Below are positions 37,820 through 47,930 of a stretch of DNA of 64,000 nucleotides, piece by piece. Source of the DNA: an uncultured Methanomassiliicoccales archaeon (GTDB taxonomy: Archaea; Thermoplasmatota; Thermoplasmata; Methanomassiliicoccales; UBA472); NCBI GenBank assembly GCA_963695345.1, contig OY968769.1, forward strand, positions 832,001-896,000, written 5' to 3'. Numbering within the stretch: position 1 is the stretch's first letter; each line of letters opens with the position of its first letter. The notes under the pieces are model-generated. The model had not been told where the DNA came from and ran no database searches. It worked only from the letters and a program-made list of their open reading frames with translations. A program made the translations under genes and the position numbers.

Positions 37820-39476
37820 TGTAACCGTCATCGCTGATGTCGATCCCCAGCGCCGCCGGGTCGGAGGACAGGCCGGGCATGAGCATTATCGGACCGCAGA
37901 CCACCACGATGAACCCTGCCCCGGCGGAAACGAACACTTCCCTGACGTTCAGTTCCCATCCGGTGGGGGCTCCCTTCAGTTTAGGATCGTCGGATAGGGA
38001 AAGCTGGGTCTTGGCCATGCAGACGGGGAGGTGATTGGTCCAGGAGCTCTCGATGAGCTTGATGGACTTCTCTGCCCCGCTCTCGTACTGAACGTCCATG
38101 GCACCGTACATCTCGGTGGCGACCACCCGGATCTTCTCCTTCAGCGGCAGGTTCGTGTCATAGAGGAAGCGGAAATTGGGCTTCTCGTTGGCCAAGACCT
38201 CAAGCACCTGCGAAGCCAGCTCCGCGCCTCCCTCCCCACCTTTAGCGAACACGTCGGAGAGCGCGCACCGCACGCCTTTCTCCTTGCAGTGATCGATGAC
38301 GATCCTGATCTCCTCCTCGGTATCGGTGGCGAAATGGTTCAGAGCCACGACCATCGGCACACCGAACTTCCTGATGTTCTCGATATGCTTGTCCAGATTC
38401 GAGAATCCGCGCCTCAGGCCGTCGCAGTCCTGAACGCATACCTTGTCGATGGGGACGTTCCCGTGCATCTTCAGCGCCCGGATCGAGCACACGACGACCG
38501 CGCAGTCGGCGTGGATACCTTCATTGCGACAGACTATGTCGAAGAACTTCTCTGCGCCCAGATCGGCCGCAAAGCCCGCCTCGGTGACGACGATGTCGGC
38601 CATCTTCAGGGCATATTTGGTGGCGGTTAGGGATGAATTGCCGTGGGCGATGTTCGCGAAGGGGAAGCCATGGATGAAGAACGGTTCGCCCTCCAAGGTC
38701 TGGACCAGATTAGGGAATATGGCATCCTTGAGGAGCAATGCCAGCGCTCCCACGCATCCGAGCTGGGTGACGGTGACCGGCTCTCCGTCGAAGGTGTAGG
38801 CCACGATCATCCTTCCCAATCGCTCCTTGAGGTCGGCCATGGAGGTGGCCAGGGCGAGGATGGCGCTGATCTCCGTCGCCACGGTGATGATGAAACCGCC
38901 CTCGTGCGGGGTCCCGCCTTCGGTCCTGCCGCCAAGTCCGACCACGATGTGCCGCAGCTCACGGCAGTTCATGTCCATCGCCTTGCGCAGTACTATCCGG
39001 GTAGGATCGATATTGAGCGGGTTCTTCTTGGAAATGCTGTTCTCCAGCAGGGCCGAGAGCAGGTTGTTCGCGGCTCCGACCGCATGGATGTCCCCGGTGA
39101 AATGCAGGTCGATGTCCCACATCGGGTATACCTGGGAGTATCCGCCGCCGGTGGCGCCCCCCTTGAGGCCGAAAGTGGGCCCTAGGGACGGTTCACGGAT
39201 CGCCCCCATCACCTTCTTGTTCAGCCTTCCCAATGCCTGCACCAGGCCGATGGTGGTGACCGTCTTGCCTTCCCCAGCCGGCGTGGCGGTGATGGCGGTC
39301 ATGAGCACGAGCTTGCCAGTCGGATGGCCGTCGAACTTCTTGAGAGAGCTCAGCGGCACTTTCGCGATGTACTTGCCATAGAGGACGATGTCATCCTTGT
39401 CCAGACCGACGGACCTCGCGATATCCTCGATGGGTCTGGCCTTGACTTCCTGAGCGATCTCGATGTTGGTCTTCAT
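37803..39476 (-). CDS. fhs: Formate-tetrahydrofolate ligase
   Basis: TPAGEGKT, REPSLGP..KGGATGGGYSQV, LHFTGD, PFANIAHG, TEAGF, CMAKTQ, MPGL. Confidence 0.97.
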   Translation of the reverse strand: MKTNIEIAQEVKARPIEDIARSVGLDKDDIVLYGKYIAKVPLSSLKKFDGHPTGKLVLMTAITATPAGEGKTVTTIGLVQALGRLNKKVMGAIREPSLGPTFGLKGGATGGGYSQVYPMWDIDLHFTGDIHAVGAANNLLSALLENSISKKNPLNIDPTRIVLRKAMDMNCRELRHIVVGLGGRTEGGTPHEGGFIITVATEISAILALATSMADLKERLGRMIVAYTFDGEPVTVTQLGCVGALALLLKDAIFPNLVQTLEGEPFFIHGFPFANIAHGNSSLTATKYALKMADIVVTEAGFAADLGAEKFFDIVCRNEGIHADCAVVVCSIRALKMHGNVPIDKVCVQDCDGLRRGFSNLDKHIENIRKFGVPMVVALNHFATDTEEEIRIVIDHCKEKGVRCALSDVFAKGGEGGAELASQVLEVLANEKPNFRFLYDTNLPLKEKIRVVATEMYGAMDVQYESGAEKSIKLIESSWTNHLPVCMAKTQLSLSDDPKLKGAPTGWELNVREVFVSAGAGFIVVVCGPIMLMPGLSSDPAALGIDISDDGYITGLY

Positions 39477-39618
39477 TAGCTCCACCCTGGGAAGGACAGG
39501 TATGTTGGAAGTATGTCTTAAACGTTAGGACATTGTCCTTCCTGAACCTGACCAGTGGTCCCGGTAGGGCATCGAACATTTATTATTTAGCGGATAGATA
39601 GGGTGACACTGAGACCTC

Positions 39619-40506
39619 ATGACCGCCATCTTGATCGAGGGAAAGCCCATCGCCGAGGAAATCAGGAAGGAACTAAGGGAAAGGATATCCTTGTTGAAGG
39701 ATAAGGGGGTCGTCCCAGGCCTGGCCGTCATCTTGGTCGGGGATGACGCGGCCTCACAGACCTATGTCCGCATGAAGGGGAAGGCGAGCGAAGAACTGGG
39801 CATGTTCTCGCAGACCATCCTCAAGCCCAATGACTTCACCGAAGCGGCGTTGCTCCAGCTCATCGACGAGCTCAATGCGGACCCCCGGGTCCATGGCATC
39901 CTGGTGCAACTGCCCCTGCCTCCGCATATCGATGAGCGGAATGTCCTGGTCCGCATCGACGAGCGCAAGGATGTGGACGCTTTCCATCCGGTGAACGTGG
40001 GCAAGATCTTGATCGGAGACCATACCGGTTTCATGCCGGCCACACCTTACGGCATACAGGAACTTCTTATTCGCAGCGGGAATGCGCCATCGGGTAAGCA
40101 CGTGGTCATACTGGGAAGAAGCAATATCGTAGGCAAGCCCCTGGCGGCCATGCTGATGCAGAAGGATGAGCGCGCCAATGCCACGGTCACCGTCTGCCAC
40201 TCAAGGACCAAGAACCTGGCGGAGATAACCCGCACCGCCGACATCCTGATCTCGGCGATGGGGGCGGAGGCGGCGTTCGTCAAGGCGGATATGGTCAAAC
40301 CGGGAGCGGTGGTCATCGATGTCGGTTCGAACCGTGTGCCGGACAAGAGCCTGCCAAGGGGTTACCGGTTAGTGGGGGACGTAGACTTCGATTCCGTGAG
40401 GTTGAAGGCGGCGGCGATCACCCCCGTGCCTGGCGGAGTGGGTCCGATGACCATCGTCATGCTCATGCGCAACACCATCAAGGCGGCGGAGTCGACGCTG
40501 GAATGA
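39619..40506 (+). CDS. folD: Bifunctional methylene-THF dehydrogenase / cyclohydrolase
   Basis: YVRMK, GILVQLPLP, KDVD..HP.N, GRSNIVGKP, ITPVPGGVGPMT. Confidence 0.97.
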   Translation: MTAILIEGKPIAEEIRKELRERISLLKDKGVVPGLAVILVGDDAASQTYVRMKGKASEELGMFSQTILKPNDFTEAALLQLIDELNADPRVHGILVQLPLPPHIDERNVLVRIDERKDVDAFHPVNVGKILIGDHTGFMPATPYGIQELLIRSGNAPSGKHVVILGRSNIVGKPLAAMLMQKDERANATVTVCHSRTKNLAEITRTADILISAMGAEAAFVKADMVKPGAVVIDVGSNRVPDKSLPRGYRLVGDVDFDSVRLKAAAITPVPGGVGPMTIVMLMRNTIKAAESTLE

Positions 40507-40585
40507 AGCGCCCTCCTAAAGAATGACTTTTTATCGCACAGCCGAAAAAGTATAAGTGCGCCAAGCTAATTCCACCCCCGCTGAA

Positions 40586-41248
40586 ATGTTGCGCGAATGC
40601 AGTGAGCACGGCTATTTCCGGGGTGACGTCTGCCCGGTCTGCGGCGAGGAGGGCAAGTTCCTTATGAACGAGCAGGAGCTTGAACAGATCGGTAGGACCA
40701 TGGCCGGAGTGCTCCGCCACTTCCCAGAGAAGTTCGGGCTGGAGATGGACGAACAGGGTTTCATCAACCTGAGGGAGTTCGTCAACGCCCTGAAGGACCA
40801 GAGCAAGCGCTACCATTGGCTCAGGCCACATCACATAATCGCTATCATCGAGACCGACCCCAAGGGCAGGTATCAGATAAGCAACGACATGATCCGCGCC
40901 ACCTACGGCCACTCCATCGAGCTGAACCTTAGGCTGCCGACGGAGAACATACCGGACCGTCTCTACTACCCGACCACACCGGAAGAGGCGGACATACTGC
41001 TCGAGACCGGGCTGAAGCCCTCCGACAGGAAGATGGTCCACCTATCCAAGACATACAACGACGCACTGTCCGCAGGCAAGGTCAGGACCGGAGAGCCCAT
41101 CATCCTGGAGATCGACGCGAAGGGAGCGATCGCGGACGGCTTCGTAATCGGCCAGGCAGGAAGGACGGTTTTCCTGGCTACGGAGATACCGGCCGAGTGC
41201 CTGAGCAAGGCGGAGCCGCCGGTCGAGGAAGAGGTCATCACGGACTGA
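40586..41248 (+). CDS. kptA: RNA 2'-phosphotransferase (Tpt1/KptA) with archaeal N-terminal zinc ribbon
   Basis: C..HGYFRG..CPVCG; LRH, KGRY, RATYGHS, R..VHLS; TATA-like aaaagtataa about 35 nt upstream. Confidence 0.92.
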   Translation: MLRECSEHGYFRGDVCPVCGEEGKFLMNEQELEQIGRTMAGVLRHFPEKFGLEMDEQGFINLREFVNALKDQSKRYHWLRPHHIIAIIETDPKGRYQISNDMIRATYGHSIELNLRLPTENIPDRLYYPTTPEEADILLETGLKPSDRKMVHLSKTYNDALSAGKVRTGEPIILEIDAKGAIADGFVIGQAGRTVFLATEIPAECLSKAEPPVEEEVITD

Positions 41249-41350
41249 TGATCAGAAACTCCTTTGACATTCTCTAAAGTTCGGCGATCGACCTGTTTGC
41301 CTTTAATTCCATGAACATTGAGGGTATCCTCTGACACTTGTTATGGCTGC

Positions 41351-41620
41351 TCAGTTCATCGGATTGACGATCTCCATGACCTGGAACACGACCGTGGCCA
41401 CGAAGACCAGAAGGAGCGGTGCGACTACCGAGTCCAGAGTCCCCAGTATCCTCTTCGACCTCATCGAGGATGCGGAAATGAGCTCTCTTGACGACAGGAG
41501 CGATACCAGAAGAATAGCGATCAATGCTCCGCCGACGCCTCCGCTGATGACCGTGGTCATCGATACAGCGCTTGACGCCGCACTCGATGTCAGTGACGAG
41601 GCTGCCATTACTAAGCTCAT
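41351..41620 (-). CDS. Small membrane protein (Ser/Thr-rich N-terminus, 2 TM)
   Basis: LLSSREL..PLLLVF pattern; hydrophobic; no function assignable. Confidence 0.55.
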   Translation of the reverse strand: MSLVMAASSLTSSAASSAVSMTTVISGGVGGALIAILLVSLLSSRELISASSMRSKRILGTLDSVVAPLLLVFVATVVFQVMEIVNPMN

Positions 41621-41779
41621 TGTTCTAGTTAACAAAATTAAGCGTATTTAATGCTAGTCGGGATAATCCAATCCTTGAGAATATCACCATCTTTCATTGG
41701 AAATGGCGAAAAAACGGTACCTGTACTTTCGTTGGACCGTACGACAATTTGATATTGCCGTGAAGGACTGGGTTGGAGC

Positions 41780-42637
41780 ATGTTCGTCCGTGCCGATCGA
41801 TTGCTCGGTTCCGCTCCCGATCTATTCCCTCAGCACGCGGTCTCTTTCGGATGGGAAGAGTACACGCCCTGTCTGGAGGCGTTCGACACCCGGACCGGGA
41901 AGATGACAAGGATAGAACTGACGGAGATCGACTGGCGGGTTTCCGGGGATAGGATGTGCGTGGGTCGGTACAGTTCAGATGGATATGTCCCCTGTCCGTC
42001 GAAACGGAAGGTGGACCGTTTCGACCAATGCGGAAGCTGCGCATCGGTCTGGATCGGACATCAGGAATGCATCTTCGAACCCAGATGTGACGGGACACGC
42101 TGCGATTCAGAGATCTGCAGAAGGAAACATGTCGTCTATGTGGCGTTCCACGGGGACATGATCAAGATCGGGATGACCTCGGGTTCGAGGCTTAAGGAGA
42201 GAGGCATAGAGCAGGGAGCTGACGCCATCGCGCCAATCGTCGATTGCGACAACCGCATGGCGGCAAGAGCGGCGGAGAACCAGATCTCCCACCTCCTGAA
42301 AGCGCGCCAGACCGTTTCTAAAAAGGAATCGCTGAGGACCATTCTGAGGATAACGGACAAAGGATTGTACGAATCGAGATATGAGGGAGTTCTATCCCAG
42401 GTGTCGAAGATCCTCCCCACCAAGAACGCGCCGCTGGATGTGCTGGATCGATACCCGGTCGCCTTCAGTGACATTGGACAGATAGATGTGTCCCCGCTCG
42501 AGGGCAGGCATGTCGGTGAGGTCGTGGCCATCAAGGGCAAGTTCCTGGTGTACAGGACGAAGAGCGGCAAGGACCTGAAAGCCCTGCAACTATCCAACGT
42601 GCCATCTCACTTCATCAGAACACAGGGAGCACCATAA
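41780..42637 (+). CDS. DUF2797-like Cys-rich protein
   Basis: C..CP..QC..C..C..C..C, HVVYVA..KIG.T..R..EQGA. Confidence 0.72.
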   Translation: MFVRADRLLGSAPDLFPQHAVSFGWEEYTPCLEAFDTRTGKMTRIELTEIDWRVSGDRMCVGRYSSDGYVPCPSKRKVDRFDQCGSCASVWIGHQECIFEPRCDGTRCDSEICRRKHVVYVAFHGDMIKIGMTSGSRLKERGIEQGADAIAPIVDCDNRMAARAAENQISHLLKARQTVSKKESLRTILRITDKGLYESRYEGVLSQVSKILPTKNAPLDVLDRYPVAFSDIGQIDVSPLEGRHVGEVVAIKGKFLVYRTKSGKDLKALQLSNVPSHFIRTQGAP

Positions 42638-42664
42638 TATAGACTCTGGGAAATACTTATACCG

Positions 42665-43753
42665 ATGCGCTCGCAGATCACATTGTTGATGGTGTTTGTT
42701 GTGCTTGCATCAATGATCTCCTCCACTATGATTACGGAGGCGGTGCCATCGGAACATTTTGGTGAAATAAGCTCTTTCACGGTGACGACTGACGGGGGTA
42801 TGTGCTTCATGGAATGGATGCAACCCTCCATGGTCTTAACCTCTGGAGCGCAAGTGGAACGCTATGAGGTATACCGTTCTGTGGAGGATCTCGATCATTT
42901 TGTGCTGTTGGCGACGCTGCCCGCTAGTCAAACAAACTATACGGATACCGATCCGCCATTCGGGGAGGTCTGTTTCTACCAGCTTTTGGCAGTGGCGGGA
43001 GATGATACATACTCCAGCCGTTACGAACCGGTGGGGATCGGGCGGACCGTTCCATCGTCACCTGACCAAACGCGCTGCCTCGCCGGGGACAGTTCGGCCT
43101 TCGCTTCATGGGCATTCGGTCCTGCCCAGATGGGGGGAACGATCAGCTCCTCCTTCATCCTCTACGGCGGATACTCCGCCACCAACCTCACGAAGATAGG
43201 ACAGCTGGCCTCCATGGGTGATGAATCTTGGAACGTGCACTATTACGATTACAAGATCACCGGCCTGGTGAACGGTTTGGGCTACTGGTTTGGCGTGGCT
43301 GCCGTGAACTCGGCCGGCCAGGGACCCATTTCCGGACCGGTCCGGGTAGTTCCGCTGGGGGGCCCCATGAATGTGACCAGCAGCGTCATAAGCGCGAATA
43401 CCGTCGACCCGATACCGGTCAACATTTCATGGACCCCGCCCATTGATACTGCTGGCATTTCACTTTATCTGGTCTGGAGCAGCAGGACCGGAGAGCACGT
43501 CGTAGACCGTAATTCATCCTGGTTCAACGAAACGGTGGCCTGTGACTGGGGAAACCAGTACCGCGTCACAACGGTGTATCAGGATGGCAGCAGGGTCTAT
43601 TCCGATTACGTGTACGTGGCGGGACCCATGGTGGAGGGTGATCCGAACGCTGGAAGTAAGGCCTTGACACTCATAGGAACAATCATCCTTCTGTCAAACG
43701 TGATCGGCGGCGCGGTCATATTGACCCAGAAACGTCTGAGGATACGAGGCTGA
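42665..43753 (+). CDS. Fibronectin type III-repeat surface protein with signal peptide and C-terminal TM
   Basis: YEVYRS..YTDT, GLVNG..Y.F.V.AVNSAG.GP.S, ISWTPP motifs. Confidence 0.8.
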   Translation: MRSQITLLMVFVVLASMISSTMITEAVPSEHFGEISSFTVTTDGGMCFMEWMQPSMVLTSGAQVERYEVYRSVEDLDHFVLLATLPASQTNYTDTDPPFGEVCFYQLLAVAGDDTYSSRYEPVGIGRTVPSSPDQTRCLAGDSSAFASWAFGPAQMGGTISSSFILYGGYSATNLTKIGQLASMGDESWNVHYYDYKITGLVNGLGYWFGVAAVNSAGQGPISGPVRVVPLGGPMNVTSSVISANTVDPIPVNISWTPPIDTAGISLYLVWSSRTGEHVVDRNSSWFNETVACDWGNQYRVTTVYQDGSRVYSDYVYVAGPMVEGDPNAGSKALTLIGTIILLSNVIGGAVILTQKRLRIRG

Positions 43754-43883
43754 ACCCCCTGCGTGGGTTGAGATCAAACGCGGATTGTCCTGGTCCTCAA
43801 ATCCAGATGCGGCGTCTAGAAATGTAAATAAGTAACCATGCCATGTTAGCCGAATACCAAGGCCTCCCTAGAGGGTTAATCAT

Positions 43884-44837
43884 ATGACCAAGATCCTTAG
43901 TCCTGAAGAGATCAAACAGAAGTTCGGTCAATATTTCTGCCGTGGCATATACACGATGGTCGATGAGAAGAACAACGTTGCCCAGATCATCGAGGAGTGC
44001 AGCGCCAAGGGACCGGTGGAGTGGGATGCCGTCAACAGGAAAAGGGCGAAGGGCGCCATCACCAAGATCAGAGTGGAAGGCACCACCCTGATCATGGACA
44101 CGATAATCGGAGAACGGGAGCTGAAGTTCGGAGCCGCCTCGAAGGACCTTGGCGGTCAGGGCCTGAGGTCGCTGACGATCGATGGCGATAACGTCAGGAC
44201 CGCCTGGGTCGGACTGGCGGGAGCCAGCGTCGGGATAGGGGCCTGCATGCCGCAGGGTCCGGGCACCATCTGCGCGGAGTATCCCGATGAGATAAGTATA
44301 GGCGGGGCGCACATGATCGAGGTAACAGTGGTCACCCCGAAACTGGTGCGGGTGATCATCGGGGTCGATGATACGGACACAAGGGAGAAGGGAGCCACCT
44401 GGGCCTCCGTCCTCAAGCTGGCGAGGTCCTGCCCCATCGGTCATTTCCTTGAGCACAAGATCATCCAGCTCAATCCGGAGGCGCCGGAGAAGACCACCAA
44501 CTGCACTTCATCGGCGGTCTCCTTCGCCATCGCGGAGAAGGAGGTTGAAGATCTGGTCCAGTACTTCGTGGAGGGGGTCAGGAAGGAAACCCTCTCCGAC
44601 CACACCGTGGTGGCGGCGTACGTCGGCCTGAAGGTCCCAGACCCATTGGTCAAGTACGGATGGGAGGCGAAGAGCATTCTCTACAACGTCGATTCGGCAT
44701 TCCGGGTCGCCGAGCAGAACGGGGTGCGCATCTTCGAGATAACCGGAAGGGGCGGAGCAATAGGGGCGGTGTCGGCGATAGGGTGCTTCGACCTGGGACT
44801 AAGGGCATCCGGACTGCCCGAGGACTTCGAAAACTAA
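43884..44837 (+). CDS. Methanogenesis marker protein 11-like (TiaS-related domain)
   Basis: GLAGASVG..C..G.G, IGVDDTD..EKGATW, QLNP..PEKTTNC, GAIGA; too short for full TiaS. Confidence 0.72.
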   Translation: MTKILSPEEIKQKFGQYFCRGIYTMVDEKNNVAQIIEECSAKGPVEWDAVNRKRAKGAITKIRVEGTTLIMDTIIGERELKFGAASKDLGGQGLRSLTIDGDNVRTAWVGLAGASVGIGACMPQGPGTICAEYPDEISIGGAHMIEVTVVTPKLVRVIIGVDDTDTREKGATWASVLKLARSCPIGHFLEHKIIQLNPEAPEKTTNCTSSAVSFAIAEKEVEDLVQYFVEGVRKETLSDHTVVAAYVGLKVPDPLVKYGWEAKSILYNVDSAFRVAEQNGVRIFEITGRGGAIGAVSAIGCFDLGLRASGLPEDFEN

Positions 44838-44870
44838 ATGAGCCTGCAAGTGTTGGCAAGACGGTAAGGT

Positions 44871-45662
44871 GTGGTTACGGTTAAGAGCGAGATCTCCAGG
44901 GTCATAGCCAATACGGCGTTCCAGACCTATGAGCGCAAACTCCAGAAGGAGATCGAGGAGGGCCAGGTGCCGAGGCATGTGGCCATCATCATGGACGGCA
45001 ACCGCCGCTTCGCCAAGGAGTTCGGCCTGAGCACCACGGAAGGCCACATCAAGGGCAAGGACAAGCTGGAGGAGGTCATGGAGTGGTGCCGGGAACTGGG
45101 CGTGAAGATCCTTACGGTCTATGCCTTCAGCACCGAGAACCTCAACCGCGAGCCGGAAGAGATCGAGTACCTGATGAACCTGTTCGAGGACAACTTCAAG
45201 CGGCTGGCGACGGACGAGAGGATCCACAAGTACCATATCCGCCTGACCGTGATCGGGCAGCGCGAACTGCTCCCCGACCGGGTCCAGAAGGCCATCCAGG
45301 TGGCGGAGGATGCCACCAAGCAGTATGACTCCTACTTCTACAACATCGCCATCGCGTATGGCAGCAGGCAGGAGATCATCCAGGCGATCAAGCAGATCGC
45401 AGAGGCGGTCAAGGACGGCAAGATGGAGGTGGAGGATATCGACGAGGAGGTCTTCTCCAAGTTCCTCTATACCGCTGACTTCCCCGATCCGGACCTGATC
45501 CTCCGTACCTCCGGCGAGGAGCGGATATCGAACTTCCTGCTCTGGCAGCTCGCTTATGCCGAGCTGTACTTCACCGACGTATACTGGCCGGGATTCCGGA
45601 AGGTGGACTTCATGAGGGCCATCCGGTCATACCAACTGAGACAGCGTCGCTTCGGCAAGTGA
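44871..45662 (+). CDS. uppS: cis-polyprenyl (undecaprenyl-type) diphosphate synthase
   Basis: HVAIIMDGNRR, YAFSTEN, RTSGEERISNFLLWQ. Confidence 0.96.
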   Translation: MVTVKSEISRVIANTAFQTYERKLQKEIEEGQVPRHVAIIMDGNRRFAKEFGLSTTEGHIKGKDKLEEVMEWCRELGVKILTVYAFSTENLNREPEEIEYLMNLFEDNFKRLATDERIHKYHIRLTVIGQRELLPDRVQKAIQVAEDATKQYDSYFYNIAIAYGSRQEIIQAIKQIAEAVKDGKMEVEDIDEEVFSKFLYTADFPDPDLILRTSGEERISNFLLWQLAYAELYFTDVYWPGFRKVDFMRAIRSYQLRQRRFGK

Positions 45663-45707
45663 GTTTTAATACCCACAACATTTTCTCGTCGCACCGGGGG
45701 ACATCGC

Positions 45708-47429
45708 TTGCGGGAAGACCTCATACTCATACACGCTCCCAGCGTCTACGACTTCAGAAAGGAATTCCTATTCTACGGACCGGTCAGCGACCTGGTGCCC
45801 TCCACCCCGGTCTTCGAGATGTACCCGATCGGGTTCACGACCATGGCGACGGCCCTGCATGAGGCCGGCTTCCGGGTCCGCATCATCAATCTGGCCAGCA
45901 TGATGCTCAACGACAGCAAGCTGGACGCCGAGAAGCTGATCGCCAAGCTGGATTCGGCTGTCTTCGGCATCGACCTGCATTGGCTTCCGCACGCCCAGGG
46001 CGCCTTGGAAGTGGCCAAGCTGGTCAAGAAGCTGCATCCCGATTCCAAGGTCCTCATGGGAGGATTCTCCTCGACCTACTACCATCAGGAGCTCATCGGT
46101 TACCCCCAGGTCGACCTGGTGCTGAGGGGGGATTCCACCGAGGGACCGGTCACGGAACTGATGCAGGCACTGGAGAAGGGCACTCCGCTGGAGAAGGTCC
46201 AGAACCTCACCTGGAAGGACGATTCCGGGAAGGCGCATTTCAACGAGCTCACCTACGTGCCGGCCGACCTGGACCACTTGGATATCGATTATGGCTGGAT
46301 CGTGAAATCGGTCATACGGCATCGGGACCTGGAAGGGTTCAAGCCGTTCAAGGACTGGGACCGCTACCCGCTCACGGTCGCCTTCACCGTGCGGGGCTGT
46401 TCGGTTCAATGCGCGGTTTGCGGCGGCTCATGCTCGGCCATGAAGGGTTTCCTCGGCAGGAGCCGTCCGGCGTTCCGCTCGCCGGAAAAGGTGGCCGCCG
46501 ACATCCACAACATCCAGCAATACCTGAAGGCGCCCACCTTCGTGGTCGGCGACCTGCGCCAGAACGGAAAGGGCTACGCAGAACGGTTCTTCAAGGAAGC
46601 GAAGGAGCTGGGCATCAGGAACCAGCTTATCCTGGAAACCTTTACCCCGGCGAACGATGAGTTCTATGCCATGGCCCAGAGCTCGCTGGAATCGTACTCG
46701 GTGGAGTTCTCACCCGATTCGCATGATGAGAGGGTAAGGAACGCCCTCGGCCGAAGGTTCGACACGCCGAGCATGGAACGCTCGGTCAAGAGCGCCTTGG
46801 ACCACGGGGCGGAGAGGTTCGACCTCTTCTTCATGATCGGCCTCCCCCAGCAGACCCGGGAATCCGCCCTGGCCAGCGCCGAGTACTCCCGCAAGATGTA
46901 CGAGATGGTGGGTAACGACGAAAGGCTGTTCGTCTTCACCTCGCCGCTGGCGCCGTTCCTGGACCCGGGCAGCATAATATTCGAGAACCCCTCCAAGTTC
47001 GGGTACCGGTCATTGGCGAGAACGCTGGAAGAGCATCGCACCAGGCTGCTCTCGCCCTCGTGGAAGTATGTACTGTCGTATGAAACCGAATGGATGGACC
47101 GGGACCAGATCGCCGACGCGTCCTACGACGCCGCCGACATCCTGAACAACGTCCGGTTCGAGTGCGACCAGATCGGCCGGGAAGAGCTCGATCTGCGCCT
47201 GGCCCGGTCGGAGAACGCCAGGAAGATGATGGGCCGCATAGACGGGATCATGAGGATGAAGGACGTGAATGACCGGCAGGAGGCGTTCCGTTCGCTGAAG
47301 GCCGAGACCGAGGAACTGATGGATTCGACGATATGCCAGAAGTCCGACCTGGAATGGGCCACGAAAGGGGTCGTGCATAGCGTGCCCAGGGCCGTGTTCG
47401 GGTTGATGAAAGGGAAGAGAAAGAAGTAG
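45708..47429 (+). CDS. B12-binding domain / radical SAM protein (TIGR04190-like)
   Basis: DLILIHAPSVYDFR..FEMYPIG, DLHWLPHAQG, RGCSVQCAVCGGS (CxxxCxxC), FFMIGLP, PFLDPGS. Confidence 0.88.
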   Translation: MREDLILIHAPSVYDFRKEFLFYGPVSDLVPSTPVFEMYPIGFTTMATALHEAGFRVRIINLASMMLNDSKLDAEKLIAKLDSAVFGIDLHWLPHAQGALEVAKLVKKLHPDSKVLMGGFSSTYYHQELIGYPQVDLVLRGDSTEGPVTELMQALEKGTPLEKVQNLTWKDDSGKAHFNELTYVPADLDHLDIDYGWIVKSVIRHRDLEGFKPFKDWDRYPLTVAFTVRGCSVQCAVCGGSCSAMKGFLGRSRPAFRSPEKVAADIHNIQQYLKAPTFVVGDLRQNGKGYAERFFKEAKELGIRNQLILETFTPANDEFYAMAQSSLESYSVEFSPDSHDERVRNALGRRFDTPSMERSVKSALDHGAERFDLFFMIGLPQQTRESALASAEYSRKMYEMVGNDERLFVFTSPLAPFLDPGSIIFENPSKFGYRSLARTLEEHRTRLLSPSWKYVLSYETEWMDRDQIADASYDAADILNNVRFECDQIGREELDLRLARSENARKMMGRIDGIMRMKDVNDRQEAFRSLKAETEELMDSTICQKSDLEWATKGVVHSVPRAVFGLMKGKRKK

Positions 47430-47434
47430 GAACG

Positions 47435-47920
47435 TTACTTCTTGGCCATCGCCCTGGCCTTGTCCGCGCCTGCCATGATGAGCTTCCTGACGCCGTCCGG
47501 GTCCTCTTCACCATTCTCCTCCATTGTTACACTGTCGACCCGTATCGGTCGGTTGAACTCGACGTAGGAGTAATGACCCCAATCGCCCCTTATCCGCACA
47601 TCGGTTCGGTAGGAGCCCACCGTCTCCACTGAGCTTATCTTCTCCAGATGGTCCGATTCATTGAGCACGTATTTCCTGTGGAATATGCCCTTGAGGACCA
47701 GTATCAGCAGCCTCTTGTCGGTGAGGACCATCAGTGCCGGTTCCGGAGCACCTACATTCCTTTCCCCGCGCAGGACCCTGGTACCCATGGACGTCCTCAT
47801 CGATTCGTGGGACGGGCTGAAGCCCTTCCAAACCTGGACCAACGATTCGTCGGCGTCGAGAAATGAAGCTGGTCCGATGCCTTTCATGGCCGACCGATCG
47901 GATGTTTTGGCATTGACCAT
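47435..47920 (-). CDS. Hypothetical protein (possible PH-like domain)
   Basis: LVLTDKRLL-type motif; follows the reductase gene on the same strand; start uncertain. Confidence 0.5.
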   Translation of the reverse strand: MVNAKTSDRSAMKGIGPASFLDADESLVQVWKGFSPSHESMRTSMGTRVLRGERNVGAPEPALMVLTDKRLLILVLKGIFHRKYVLNESDHLEKISSVETVGSYRTDVRIRGDWGHYSYVEFNRPIRVDSVTMEENGEEDPDGVRKLIMAGADKARAMAKK

Positions 47921-47930
47921 CGGGACCACA

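Noticed and set aside
43884-44837. tRNA(Ile2) agmatinylcytidine synthetase TiaS
   Set aside because: The DDTD domain is C-terminal and the OB-fold and zinc ribbon of TiaS are absent.
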